From assembly GCA_020054235.1 (NCBI GenBank), contig JAGVLQ010000026.1:505-64504 (forward strand): DNA of 64,000 nt, written 5' to 3'. Made by a program: the position numbers and the translations under genes. How positions within the stretch are numbered: the stretch's first letter is position 1; every line of letters begins with the position of its first letter. The stretch is from Candidatus Babeliales bacterium (lineage in GTDB: Bacteria > Babelota > Babeliae > Babelales > JACPOV01). A model generated the notes under the pieces. It made no database searches and was not told where the DNA came from. It saw nothing but the letters and a program-made list of their open reading frames with translations. Of the stretch, positions 38,873 through 48,822 are shown in pieces.

Positions 38873-41800
38873 GGTTAGATTTTTTTATACAATTTTGAGT
38901 TTTTTTTCTCTTATTGGTAGTCAGCCTCTTGTGGGCGTAAATATTTTTGATCCTACAAAGTTATTTACGCCAGAAAAAGATGAGCGTGAAGTACAATTAA
39001 AGCATTTAAAGGAAGATTATCAAAAAATAAAAGAACAAACTCTTGGAAAATTAAAAACATTACAAGAAAATATTACGCATGTTGATCGCACGATCAATGA
39101 AGTTAAAAATCAGCTTAAAGACGCGGCATCAACTGATCAAGAATTTTTACAAAAAAAGCTTTCATTATTGAATGAAACATATCAAACGAAACTTGATATT
39201 CAATTTACGCTCAAAGAAATTCCCGTTACGGTTGAGCAACAGATTAAAATATTAGAAGAATATATAAAAGACCCTGAATTTAAAGGGCTTGTTCTTGAAC
39301 CCCGCTCATTTTATCCCTATGAAGTAGTACAAAGTGCTATTAAAAAAGTTTTGGATCAAGAAGAACGCATTAATAATTTAGTTCGTCAAAAAAATGATTT
39401 AGCAGCGGAGCTTGAAAACAAAAAAAAGAAACTTGCTGCAGCAGTCAAAGATTACCAAGAAAAGAAAAAAGAGCAGGAAGAATTTAGTCTAAAAGAGCCG
39501 GAAACAAAAACGGAAAGTGAATTAACGTTTAAGCAGCGAGGTGAGCTTGTTGATTTAGAAGAAAAATTAGATGGCTATGAGCAACAATTAGCGGAACTTC
39601 AAGAGCAAGCAACTGCGCGCAAGGTTGCTCTTATAAATACCACAATCTTTATTGAGCAAGAAAAGCAAAAAATACTCAAAAATAATTTAGCGCGAACAAA
39701 ATCAGGTTTGCGTATAGCCGAAACTGAAGTGCAAGAGGCAAAAGAAAAGCTTGATAAGCGCAAACAGCAAGCTTTGACTATAAAAGATGCTCGTTACGAA
39801 GAAATAAAAAAATTATCAGCAGCACGTGAAAAGCTCAAAAAAGAATTGGAAGTTTTGAGCAAGCGTCTTAATGCTCCTATTTTAGAAAAAGAAGAACTGA
39901 GTGCTTGGAGTGTAGAGCAGCCATCCGTTGAGGCATATATTGCATTATGCGAGTTAGGTTTTAAAAATACACAGATTCAAGCAATTGAACGCAAAATAGA
40001 TTATTTACATGAAGAAATTCAGTTAGAAAATGCAAAGCTACAAAGTCATGAAATCAAATATGTTATTTTGATGACTTGGTATGATTTGGCACATCACAAG
40101 TATAAAGATAATGATGAAATTTTAGGTGAATTAAAAAAATTCAAGGAACGAGAATCTGAAATTAATAGAGAAATCAATTCATTTCAGGACAAACGTAATG
40201 CCGCAATTAATAAATTGAATTTTCAAAATAAAGAGCTTACTAATCTTCGTAATTTTGCATTGGAGATTCAAAAAGAAAAAGATACTATTTTCAAGCGTTA
40301 TCCAATGCGCTATCAAACATGTTGGGCTAGACTTGGTGATGCAGAAAAGATGATTGGTGAACAAATTGATGTTAACGGAAAATTAATTGAAATTTATTCC
40401 AATATTATTACCGTTTTGCAAGGTACCAATAAAGAAATAAACAATATTACTGCGGAACTTGAAACAAAAAGTATTTGGCAGCGTTCTCAATATGCTATTT
40501 CTTGGCAGGGTTTAAAGAATATTGGTCCCGATTTAGTGTATTTTGTTGCAGATCTTTTTCAAATTGGTAAATCTTTTCTAGTAAATCTCAGTTGGCGGAA
40601 TTTGGCGGGTGCGTTTTCTCAATTGCTTCGTTCTCCTGCTAAAATTTTGCTTTGGATTATTGTATTTATTATTATTATTTCATTTTTCTTGTTATTGCGT
40701 CGCCGTTTGCCGGAATTTGCAGAATATCTTCTTGAGTTTCGTCCTACAAATCCTTTAGGGTTAATGGCTCTTAAGACTATTGGTTGTTTTGTATTTTTTC
40801 TTCAACGTAATTTAGCATGGCTCTATGGTTGGGTAGTGCTTTTTTATATGATTCACGTTGATGTTATTACAGAACTTTTTACGCAGATTTTGTTTTATGT
40901 GTGTTCCATTCCTTTTTTGATTTATTTTGCGCGTAAATTTACCTATTTTTTTGTTTCATGTAATCGTAAAAATAAATTTTCAATTTTTAGTGAGACCTTT
41001 GAGCGACGTTTTATTGTTGTTTTTTCAATATTTGCCTATTTGACTATTTTTGTTTTATTTTTCAGAGAAGCATTCATGTTGGCGACGGTACACAAATCTG
41101 AGCTTCCGCGTATTTTGCTTGCAGGTTATTCGATTTTCTTACGTACTTTATTGATTTTTTCTATAGGCAAGGAAGAAATTCTTGCATTAATTTCTAAGCG
41201 CGGTGCAATTGGCGCATGGTTGGCATACATAATTGATGATTACTATTATCCACTTATGATTGGCATTATAGTCTTTATGATTATGAGTGACCCCTATGTT
41301 GGCGGTTATGGCAGCCTTGTTTCTTATATCGTTTGGGGTTCAATTGGTACTATAATTTTGGCGCGGCTTTTGTATCTTGGTCATACTTATTTGAAAAAAT
41401 ATTCAGAGCAAATATTTTTTTCAACGGATGAAGAAGTCAAACGGGAGCGGTTTGGTTATGCAAAAACATGGTATGGAGTTTTTGCTATATTCCTATTTGT
41501 TGTTTTTGTGCTTTTAGGAGTAACGCTCATTACTAAAATTTGGGGTATTCCGCTCTTTTTTGAAGATATGCTTAAAGTTTTGGATTACGGAATTTTTTCT
41601 ACAGGGATCGAAAAAGGGCAACCTATTTGGTTTACGCCGCGAAAACTGTTATTTGTATTAGGGTTTATTGTTACCGGCTTTCTTGTGTCAGCTGCTTTTA
41701 ATAGGTTTGTCCTGCATCGCATTTTTGATATTTTACCCGTTGATGTAGGCATTCAAAATACCGTTCAAAGTATTATTCGTTATTTGGTCATTGTTATTGC

Positions 41801-42440
41801 AGTTTATATTGGTTTTCAATGGGCCAATCTCGGTAATCTTTTAATAGCGCTTGGTATCGTTTTTGGTTCTATTGGTTATATTGTCAAAGAACCGTTGGGT
41901 GACTTTATTTCCTACTTTATTATTCTGGTACAACGTCCAATTCAGATTGGCGACTTTATTATGCTTGATGAAAACACACAGGGTGTGGTTCGTAAAATTA
42001 CGCCGCGCTCAGTTATTTTGCGCAGAAAAAATAGTTATACCATTATTTTGCCAAATTCAACGATTCTTACGCATCCGGTTAGCAATTGGAGTTATGGCAG
42101 AAATTTTATGGCCTTTGATGATATTTATATGACTATTAATTATTCCGCAGATCCATTTCAAGTACGAAAGATTATTTTAGAAGTGCTTGATCAAAATACT
42201 GATGTGTTAAAAAGTCCTGCACCGGTTATTCGTTTACATGAATTTGGCGAATATGGTTTTGTGTTTTTGATTCGTGCTTTCGTTAGCAACATTAACGTTT
42301 TGCGCCGGTGGGATATTGCCAGTGATGTACGTTTTGCTCTTGTAGCAGAGCTTCGTAAAAACAATATTAAAATTGCTATTCCAGCTCGTTTGGTCTACCA
42401 AGATGAAAAAACGCACCAAAAACCACCTATTGACGGCTAA
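38859..42440 (+). CDS. Large MscS-family mechanosensitive channel (MscK-like) with a long coiled-coil N-terminal domain
   Basis: Signal peptide, ~520-aa coiled coil, transmembrane region, then RPIQIGDFI, G.V..I..RS, IILPNS, NWS. Confidence 0.88.
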   Translation: MIMFKVRFFYTILSFFSLIGSQPLVGVNIFDPTKLFTPEKDEREVQLKHLKEDYQKIKEQTLGKLKTLQENITHVDRTINEVKNQLKDAASTDQEFLQKKLSLLNETYQTKLDIQFTLKEIPVTVEQQIKILEEYIKDPEFKGLVLEPRSFYPYEVVQSAIKKVLDQEERINNLVRQKNDLAAELENKKKKLAAAVKDYQEKKKEQEEFSLKEPETKTESELTFKQRGELVDLEEKLDGYEQQLAELQEQATARKVALINTTIFIEQEKQKILKNNLARTKSGLRIAETEVQEAKEKLDKRKQQALTIKDARYEEIKKLSAAREKLKKELEVLSKRLNAPILEKEELSAWSVEQPSVEAYIALCELGFKNTQIQAIERKIDYLHEEIQLENAKLQSHEIKYVILMTWYDLAHHKYKDNDEILGELKKFKERESEINREINSFQDKRNAAINKLNFQNKELTNLRNFALEIQKEKDTIFKRYPMRYQTCWARLGDAEKMIGEQIDVNGKLIEIYSNIITVLQGTNKEINNITAELETKSIWQRSQYAISWQGLKNIGPDLVYFVADLFQIGKSFLVNLSWRNLAGAFSQLLRSPAKILLWIIVFIIIISFFLLLRRRLPEFAEYLLEFRPTNPLGLMALKTIGCFVFFLQRNLAWLYGWVVLFYMIHVDVITELFTQILFYVCSIPFLIYFARKFTYFFVSCNRKNKFSIFSETFERRFIVVFSIFAYLTIFVLFFREAFMLATVHKSELPRILLAGYSIFLRTLLIFSIGKEEILALISKRGAIGAWLAYIIDDYYYPLMIGIIVFMIMSDPYVGGYGSLVSYIVWGSIGTIILARLLYLGHTYLKKYSEQIFFSTDEEVKRERFGYAKTWYGVFAIFLFVVFVLLGVTLITKIWGIPLFFEDMLKVLDYGIFSTGIEKGQPIWFTPRKLLFVLGFIVTGFLVSAAFNRFVLHRIFDILPVDVGIQNTVQSIIRYLVIVIAVYIGFQWANLGNLLIALGIVFGSIGYIVKEPLGDFISYFIILVQRPIQIGDFIMLDENTQGVVRKITPRSVILRRKNSYTIILPNSTILTHPVSNWSYGRNFMAFDDIYMTINYSADPFQVRKIILEVLDQNTDVLKSPAPVIRLHEFGEYGFVFLIRAFVSNINVLRRWDIASDVRFALVAELRKNNIKIAIPARLVYQDEKTHQKPPIDG

Positions 42441-42656
42441 TTAATTATTTTTTCTTTTTATGGTAGCAATTAATTTGCTCCATAGGCCTGAGAGCATAAA
42501 GCCGTAAATTATCATGGAAAGTGCGGTGAGCACTAAGATCCAATTGAGCCATTTTTCTAGAATACCCAAGGTATGCAGCAATAAAATACTGCCGCCTACA
42601 ATGAGCACCGTGCCACGGAATTGAGCGCTGAAATCATCCCAATTAATACCAAACAT
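42441..42656 (-). CDS. Small two-helix membrane protein
   Basis: 71 aa, two hydrophobic helices and a basic C-terminus. Confidence 0.6.
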   Translation of the reverse strand: MFGINWDDFSAQFRGTVLIVGGSILLLHTLGILEKWLNWILVLTALSMIIYGFMLSGLWSKLIATIKRKNN

Positions 42657-42711
42657 TCCTACCCCTTTTTTTCTTTAAAGGTAGCAGGAATGGCTGGATT
42701 AAAGCAATAGT

Positions 42712-42963
42712 TTATAATTTTGATTTTAATTTTATATCGGGGAACTTTTTATCAAACTCTTGTTGAGATGGTTTTTGCTCTAAGAGGTTTGTAGCCTGTA
42801 TGCTAGATTCTTGAGGTTTTTGTGCATTATGTTGGCTATTTTTTTGGAGAGCTTCGATTTGTTTTTGCTGTTTTTCAATTTCTTCTTCTAAATCTATTAT
42901 ATTGAGCATAGTTGGAAGGTGGCTAAACAGAAGCGTAAAGGCTAGTAAGTAAACTTCAAACAT
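42712..42963 (-). CDS. Small protein with a hydrophobic N-terminus, ending in PTS1-like -KSKL
   Basis: AAGGA RBS. MFEVYLLAFTLLF...FPDIKLKSKL*. Confidence 0.7.
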   Translation of the reverse strand: MFEVYLLAFTLLFSHLPTMLNIIDLEEEIEKQQKQIEALQKNSQHNAQKPQESSIQATNLLEQKPSQQEFDKKFPDIKLKSKL

Positions 42964-42975
42964 TTTTTTCCTTTA

Positions 42976-43248
42976 TTATAATTTTGATTTTGGAGGTATG
43001 TTGTCTTCAAGGAAATTCTTATACAAAACTTCTTTTCTTTTGCCTCGAGTCATTTTGAGTAGATCTTGGATAGTCAATGGTTTTTTTTCGTCAGACTTAG
43101 GTGCAATATTATTTGTAGAATTATTATTTTTCGCTTTCGTTTCTTCCTGAGATTGTTTAGGTTGCTTTTGTGGAACATCATCATTAGATTTGATACCAAA
43201 AGATAACGAAGTTGCTAAAAAAAGAGAAATATGAAAAATAGTACGCAT
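42976..43248 (-). CDS. Small signal-peptide protein ending in PTS1-like -KSKL
   Basis: CAGGAG RBS before ATG 43248. MRTIFHISLFLATSLSFG...DNIPPKSKL*. Confidence 0.7.
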   Translation of the reverse strand: MRTIFHISLFLATSLSFGIKSNDDVPQKQPKQSQEETKAKNNNSTNNIAPKSDEKKPLTIQDLLKMTRGKRKEVLYKNFLEDNIPPKSKL

Positions 43249-43267
43249 TGGGTTATGAGCTCCTGTA

Positions 43268-43522
43268 TTATAATTTAGATTTGATATTTTGCAACATTCT
43301 TTCGAGTTCTTCTTTTGTTGGAGAATTCGGTTCTTTTTTTTGTTCATGTATTGTTAATAATATTTTACTTGGTTCTTTGCTCTCTTTTTTCTGGCAAGGA
43401 GATTTTTCCTGCGCTTGCTCTAATCTTTTTTTATTCTCTTGTTCAATTTTTTCACTTTTAATGTAAAAATCAGCTGCAATAAACATTGATAATAGGCTGA
43501 GCATAATTCCTTCAATGATCAT
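43268..43522 (-). CDS. Small protein with a hydrophobic N-terminus, ending in PTS1-like -KSKL
   Basis: AAGGAG RBS at the end of the upstream gene. MIIEGIMLSLLSMFIAA...MLQNIKSKL*. Confidence 0.7.
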   Translation of the reverse strand: MIIEGIMLSLLSMFIAADFYIKSEKIEQENKKRLEQAQEKSPCQKKESKEPSKILLTIHEQKKEPNSPTKEELERMLQNIKSKL

Positions 43523-43526
43523 TACT

Positions 43527-44126
43527 TTACTCCTTTAAAAAACCCTCAAGGGGCCATGGTTTAGAAAAATCAATATGATAATCGATTAATGGCTGGTGAT
43601 GGACCAAGAGTTGGATTGATTTTAGTGTAATTTTATTTTTTCGCAAGGTTTTTAAAAGGCTTTCTATCCATAACCATTTATCAAAAGCTATATTTTTTTT
43701 TTCAAAAGGATTGCGGTCAAACGAAATATAAGCCTCCTGTCCTGAAGGACCTATGGCAACAGATTGGAGTGAAATTTTTTTGTTATTAGTTTTTTCTTCA
43801 TCAAGAAAGGCAAGCCAGGCAATAAGCACGTATTCCAGTGTTTTTATGAGATTGTCTGACCATATAATTTCCACGATTTCATGTTTCCATGCCTCTTGAT
43901 CCCAGACGTATAAGGTTACCTTTTTTTTAGAAACTATGGAACTTGGTTTTTCAAAAATTTGGGTGGCGAATGGTTTGAGAAAAATTACATACTGGTGGGC
44001 CAAGTACAAAAAAATGCCAAGTAAGAAGGTTAAGCAACTGATAAGGATGCAATGTAGTTGTTTCATGAAAATAAATTTTACCTTATTGGCCGATTGATTT
44101 AAAGAATTTTTTATTGCGTTCCTCAT
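43527..44126 (-). CDS. Membrane-anchored protein, GerMN-like
   Basis: N-terminal transmembrane helix, VTLY, AYISF, W.WIESL.KTL...IQLLV pattern reminiscent of GerMN. Start uncertain. Confidence 0.45.
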   Translation of the reverse strand: MRNAIKNSLNQSANKVKFIFMKQLHCILISCLTFLLGIFLYLAHQYVIFLKPFATQIFEKPSSIVSKKKVTLYVWDQEAWKHEIVEIIWSDNLIKTLEYVLIAWLAFLDEEKTNNKKISLQSVAIGPSGQEAYISFDRNPFEKKNIAFDKWLWIESLLKTLRKNKITLKSIQLLVHHQPLIDYHIDFSKPWPLEGFLKE

Positions 44127-44351
44127 AATTCAGTATGGGCGTACATAGATTTTTTTTGGTGTGCCTACATTAACTATACTCTTAAAAAGTAAAACGTAAA
44201 AATTTAAAAAATTTTATTTTAAACAAAAAAAACCTTTTTTTAAAATAAAAAACGTTCTTTTGTATCATTTAGTAAGATTTTCAAATCTTGTCAGGTTGAT
44301 TTTTTCTGGCATACTAGGACCAGGTTTTTTACATAAAGTTTTTGGAATCCT

Positions 44352-46517
44352 ATGCACCAACTGTTTTTTATCCTATTTCTGTTTTCGCAAATACTAATCC
44401 CGTATGCCGTTTCACTTGAACAATATAAATATGAAACGGTTAAACATAAACCAAGAGCGGTTGAACTTCCTGAAGCTCAAAGGTTGCATAAATCATTTTT
44501 TGCAATTGGTGCGGCACTGAATCATCAGCCAAATTCATACAATGGTCTGAGTGCCAAGGATTTTGCGTATTATCACAATAAAGATAGGCAAACGTATTAT
44601 GTATGCTTGGTGCAAAATCTTTTTTTACTTAACAACGGCAATGAGCTTGAACGCGCAAAAGTATTTAATGCCATCGCATTTGGCAATCATCCGGCACAAT
44701 ATCATGATGTGCTATCTGCGTTGCTCAAAGTGTTACAAGCAAAATGTGATGATACGGGCAAACTGGTAAATCTTGAGCGCGATCCGTATTTAACTGCCTG
44801 TATTTACCAAGCGCTCAAAGATGCATTGCCACACAAAGTTTACCTTGATGTGCTCAAAGCTATGAATGACACAACGAGCGTTGAGTTGTTAGAAGCCGAA
44901 CAATCGTATACTTTTTTTGGCTACTATTGGACCAAGTTTTGGGAATCACTGAATCGCTTATTAAATGACTACACAAAACGCTCTTCCTGCTCATGGAACC
45001 AAATTATCAACCATCCGTATAATCTGAAATTGAAAGAACTTTTTTACCATATTGATCATAAAAATTTATTCGATGCGCAAGAAATTGCCAAGCAAGATCC
45101 GCTGTATGCGCAGATGTTTTCATGGTGCTGTAATGATTTTATTGCACAGCAAAAACAGGCGCAGGCGATCGCCAACCAAGAAACAGAAAAACTTGCACTC
45201 ATTGAAGATTCATGCCCCTTTTCTTTAGACAATGCAACGCATGAGCTTGAACGTGCACAAGCACTTAATGAAGCATTAGCAGAGCCAATGTTTGCACACA
45301 AAACTTTTTTACTGAGCAAACAAAGTGAAACATTGCTTAATGCAGTTGGCATAAACCCAAACCATTTTAAACAGTGCTATGGCAACCAAGTGCAACAAGC
45401 GTTGCATACTGAACACCTGCAAATCATTGAAGCTTCTGCAGGCATCTATTTTGTGCCCAATCAACGGCAAATGATCAAGGATATCATCGAGCACACGGTG
45501 CACTTTGTAGACAGTGCGCGCCAATACAACAAAGTTGGTTACGTACAAAAAGCTATCACGGGTACCGATTGCTGCTGGGCATTTTTAGAATGTGCACAAA
45601 GCATTGCCAAAGGAGTTGGCAAAGGAGTGTACCAAGGCACTAAAAATTTTGTTGATTATGCGGTGGACCATCCTGTTGAAGCGCTTGCACGGCCCTTGGT
45701 TGGTAACTTTATTTTAGCGTATCGCCTTGGCCACCTGACAGCACAGCTCATTAACGCCGGCCGCATCGGCGTGAGTGCTTGGCGCGGTGATGAAAATGCG
45801 CAACAAGAATGGGACCAAATCTGCACCAATATTACTGCAGTAAAAGATGCGTTAGCACAAAAATGCAAAACGTTGTCACTCGAAGAAAGCGTGCAGCATG
45901 CCACGGCGTTTGTGACCGAAACATTCCTTGATTATAAATGCGCCAACATGCTCAATAAATTCTACCAAACCGGTGAGCGCAAAACCCTAGAACTGATTGA
46001 CCAACTCAAAAACAATATTCCACCACCACCGCTTCATGCCGTTGCTCTGACTCCAGAAGGCTTTCCGATCGGCATTGCGGGCCAGGCCGCAGCAGTTGCA
46101 ACGGGCAACACAAACTCAGTGCTTAAAAAACTTGAAGACTTCGGTGGTGGTAATAGTTTATTTGCTTCGATGGAAAAAACTGGTAGAGGAAAATCTGGTG
46201 GGGATAAAACAGAGCTAGATAAAAATCAGCCAAGTGACAATGAACCAAGGTTTATTAAAGAGAAAGATGTACCAAAAGATAAGGAAACCATTTTAGCAGA
46301 TCCTTCATTTAAAAAAACAAATAAGTTTTTTGACGATGCGCGTATTTATGTGAAAAATGGCTTTTATTATTATAGGGATCAAATGCACAAAGGGAAAAGA
46401 GCTCACTTGGAAGTTTTTAATAAGCGAGGAAAGCATTTAGGTGAAGCAGATCCTTTGACAGGAATATTAATTCCTAATACTGCCGATAAAACTAAATCAA
46501 TAAAAAATTTAATATAA
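44352..46517 (+). CDS. Polymorphic toxin: signal peptide, uncharacterised body, C-terminal colicin E3-like (Cytotoxic) RNase domain
   Basis: C-terminal YYYRDQMHKGKRAHLEVFNKRGKHLGEADPLTG matches the colicin E3/cloacin pattern D-x-x-H...LE...G.HLG..DP.TG. Followed by a run of small genes. Confidence 0.8.
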   Translation: MHQLFFILFLFSQILIPYAVSLEQYKYETVKHKPRAVELPEAQRLHKSFFAIGAALNHQPNSYNGLSAKDFAYYHNKDRQTYYVCLVQNLFLLNNGNELERAKVFNAIAFGNHPAQYHDVLSALLKVLQAKCDDTGKLVNLERDPYLTACIYQALKDALPHKVYLDVLKAMNDTTSVELLEAEQSYTFFGYYWTKFWESLNRLLNDYTKRSSCSWNQIINHPYNLKLKELFYHIDHKNLFDAQEIAKQDPLYAQMFSWCCNDFIAQQKQAQAIANQETEKLALIEDSCPFSLDNATHELERAQALNEALAEPMFAHKTFLLSKQSETLLNAVGINPNHFKQCYGNQVQQALHTEHLQIIEASAGIYFVPNQRQMIKDIIEHTVHFVDSARQYNKVGYVQKAITGTDCCWAFLECAQSIAKGVGKGVYQGTKNFVDYAVDHPVEALARPLVGNFILAYRLGHLTAQLINAGRIGVSAWRGDENAQQEWDQICTNITAVKDALAQKCKTLSLEESVQHATAFVTETFLDYKCANMLNKFYQTGERKTLELIDQLKNNIPPPPLHAVALTPEGFPIGIAGQAAAVATGNTNSVLKKLEDFGGGNSLFASMEKTGRGKSGGDKTELDKNQPSDNEPRFIKEKDVPKDKETILADPSFKKTNKFFDDARIYVKNGFYYYRDQMHKGKRAHLEVFNKRGKHLGEADPLTGILIPNTADKTKSIKNLI

Positions 46518-46532
46518 AGAGCCAGGGACGTT

Positions 46533-47339
46533 ATGTTTTTAAAAAAACTTAAGATTTTAAAAATTCCTAATGGGATATGCTTTTTAGAAATTGTAGATAA
46601 TAAAGTTATTGTAAAAAATGAAAATGATGGATTATTTGTTTTTGATCAAGAATTAAATTTCAAAAAAAATTTAAATATTTTAAATCAATTAGCTATCTAT
46701 CGGGCATATAAAAACGACAATCAGTTATTACTTTATTGTGTAGAAAATTCATGCTTAATATACGTTAACTTACAAGATTATCGCCATAAAATTATTTCTT
46801 TGGCGCCAGAGCTATTTGAGGATATAACTTTTTCAAAACTATATATATGGAAAAATAATGAAATTGTTTTAACAACTTATAAAGATGAGTTATTTAAGGT
46901 TTCTATAAATGAAGGCATAATAGAAAAAGTAACTTTCGAGCAAATAAAGCATATAAGTGAAAAATTTAATGTCATTTTTTTAGATTCAAGCAATAGGCCT
47001 ATTTCTTACTATAATCAAAAGGAATCGGTTGTTCTTTCAGATGATTATGACACTCAAATTTTAACTATTTTTGATTATCAAAACGAACTAGAGAAAACGA
47101 TCCTTTTTACATTAAAAGATACGCATGACTTTATGTATCAAAATGGGAATGTTTTACTGGTGCATGAAGATCAACTGGAATTAGTAACGGCAGCAGGAGC
47201 AAGATTTATAGAAAAAATGGATAAACCAACATGGATTTTTTTAAGAGCTCAATTTTTAAGTGATAACTCTTCATTTGTAACGTTACTCAAAGATCAATCA
47301 AATCCAGAAATGCATGAATTACGAATTTATGAATTTTAA
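46533..47339 (+). CDS. Candidate cognate immunity protein (beta-rich)
   Basis: Starts 15 bp after the toxin stop, very AT-rich, no signal peptide. Assigned by position. Confidence 0.55.
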   Translation: MFLKKLKILKIPNGICFLEIVDNKVIVKNENDGLFVFDQELNFKKNLNILNQLAIYRAYKNDNQLLLYCVENSCLIYVNLQDYRHKIISLAPELFEDITFSKLYIWKNNEIVLTTYKDELFKVSINEGIIEKVTFEQIKHISEKFNVIFLDSSNRPISYYNQKESVVLSDDYDTQILTIFDYQNELEKTILFTLKDTHDFMYQNGNVLLVHEDQLELVTAAGARFIEKMDKPTWIFLRAQFLSDNSSFVTLLKDQSNPEMHELRIYEF

Positions 47340-47357
47340 AAAGGAATTTAAATAAAT

Positions 47358-47939
47358 ATGCACTATATAGATTTTTCTATTTCAAAAAACAATAAGCTAT
47401 CTATTTATATTCCACCTTTCCCGGAAAAAACGAATTTATATTATAAACCTTCTAGCGAATTACAGAGATTTGATGAGGTTAAAATTTTTTATGTTGATAA
47501 AAATAAAAAAATTTTGCTTTTGTTTGATATTGTTTATGAAATATTGTTTAGGTTATCTATTTGTTTAGAAAGAGCACTAAAAAATAACTTAACTCTTCCA
47601 TGTTCTGTTAAAGAAGGTTTATTAGGAAAAAAATTTAATATAATTACTTTTAATGAAATAGAGAATGACGAATCAAGTGACACTGATGATTTCTTTTCAA
47701 AGTATTGGCTTTTTTCAGACAAAGAAATACAAACGTGGATTTATAATGTTGAAGAAAAAATATGCATAGAAATTAGCCCAAGCTATAAATGGTTTTATCA
47801 AGACCCTAAGCCAAATGAAAAGTTTATTTCTTTTCAAAGTTTTATGGAAAATTATAAGACTTTTGCTTTTTTTTGTATCGATAAAGAGACTGCAAAAAAA
47901 TGGAAACAGCAGTACGATAGCATTTTAAAAGAGTTATAG
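47358..47939 (+). CDS. Putative orphan immunity protein
   Basis: AAGGA RBS, aromatic-rich cytoplasmic protein (YWLFS, TWIY, IEISPSYKW) within the toxin-following array. Confidence 0.5.
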   Translation: MHYIDFSISKNNKLSIYIPPFPEKTNLYYKPSSELQRFDEVKIFYVDKNKKILLLFDIVYEILFRLSICLERALKNNLTLPCSVKEGLLGKKFNIITFNEIENDESSDTDDFFSKYWLFSDKEIQTWIYNVEEKICIEISPSYKWFYQDPKPNEKFISFQSFMENYKTFAFFCIDKETAKKWKQQYDSILKEL

Positions 47940-47973
47940 AAAAAATGGGCTTTAAAGTAGACAAAAAATAGCT

Positions 47974-48501
47974 ATGAATCTTGAACTAAAAGTAATGCGT
48001 GAACATAACATTCCTTATTCTTGGGAAACTATTTATGTTGGTAGAAAGATGAATCTTTTGAAACCAGAAGTTGTTGAGCACTATGCATTAGAGTATTTAG
48101 AAAATAATCCAAAATGTACAGATCCTTATATTGCGGAACTGGCATTTGGGGCGCAAGATACAGAAATTAATGATATTTTAGAAAAAATTTTTAAAGATTT
48201 AAATCTCAAATTACCAAAACCTGGGGATATAATTTGGAATATTGAAAAAAGAAAATGGCGATATTTGGTTTTAAATGATCTACTAGAAAAATATCAAGAA
48301 AAAATAGAAGAGTTTTTAAGAAAATTTGACGAAGTTTATTGTGATTTTGATCATTCAGAAGATATGGAACCATATGTGAGCACAGCTCCTGTCAGTGAAC
48401 TTTACAATGATGTTAAAACTGAAAAGGAATATTTAGAAACAAGATTAAATGAAATAAAAAAATTCATTGAAGATGAAAGAGAAAGCATTCGAGCAGTTTG
48501 A
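47974..48501 (+). CDS. DUF2247-like immunity protein
   Basis: SWETIYVG, RKWRYLVL, EVYCDFDHSEDMEPY resemble the DUF2247 pattern. Confidence 0.65.
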   Translation: MNLELKVMREHNIPYSWETIYVGRKMNLLKPEVVEHYALEYLENNPKCTDPYIAELAFGAQDTEINDILEKIFKDLNLKLPKPGDIIWNIEKRKWRYLVLNDLLEKYQEKIEEFLRKFDEVYCDFDHSEDMEPYVSTAPVSELYNDVKTEKEYLETRLNEIKKFIEDERESIRAV

Positions 48502-48808
48502 TTTTAAAGATGGAAAAATTACCTATGACGAATTTCATATAGATTTTTCTAGGCCATTATCAGAGCAATTGTATTTTTTGAAAGAAGATTTACTACAAGT
48601 AGAATATATGATTAATGAAGATAATTATATTCTTGATGTAGGCTGGTATTCAGAGATGGACCCTAACGGAACATTTAAAATAAGAGTTATCAAAAACTTT
48701 AATTGGCTAAATCCACTATATTTGAAAAAATGCAAAAAAGAAAAAGACTTTTTTGATTCTCTAAAGAATGCAATTGAAGTTATACAAAAAAACAAAGTAG
48801 GCTATTGA
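48473..48808 (+). CDS. Putative immunity protein (EDLLQ...DVGWY family), copy 1
   Basis: LKEDLLQVEY...LDVGWY...G.F.I.VIKNFNW..P. Paralogue of 49140-49490. Confidence 0.6.
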   Translation: MKEKAFEQFDFKDGKITYDEFHIDFSRPLSEQLYFLKEDLLQVEYMINEDNYILDVGWYSEMDPNGTFKIRVIKNFNWLNPLYLKKCKKEKDFFDSLKNAIEVIQKNKVGY

Positions 48809-48822
48809 TTTAAAAACTAATA

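Noticed and set aside
43249-43347. N-terminal extension of the 123-aa ORF 42976-43347
   Set aside because: It overlaps the upstream gene. The RBS and signal peptide support a start at 43248.
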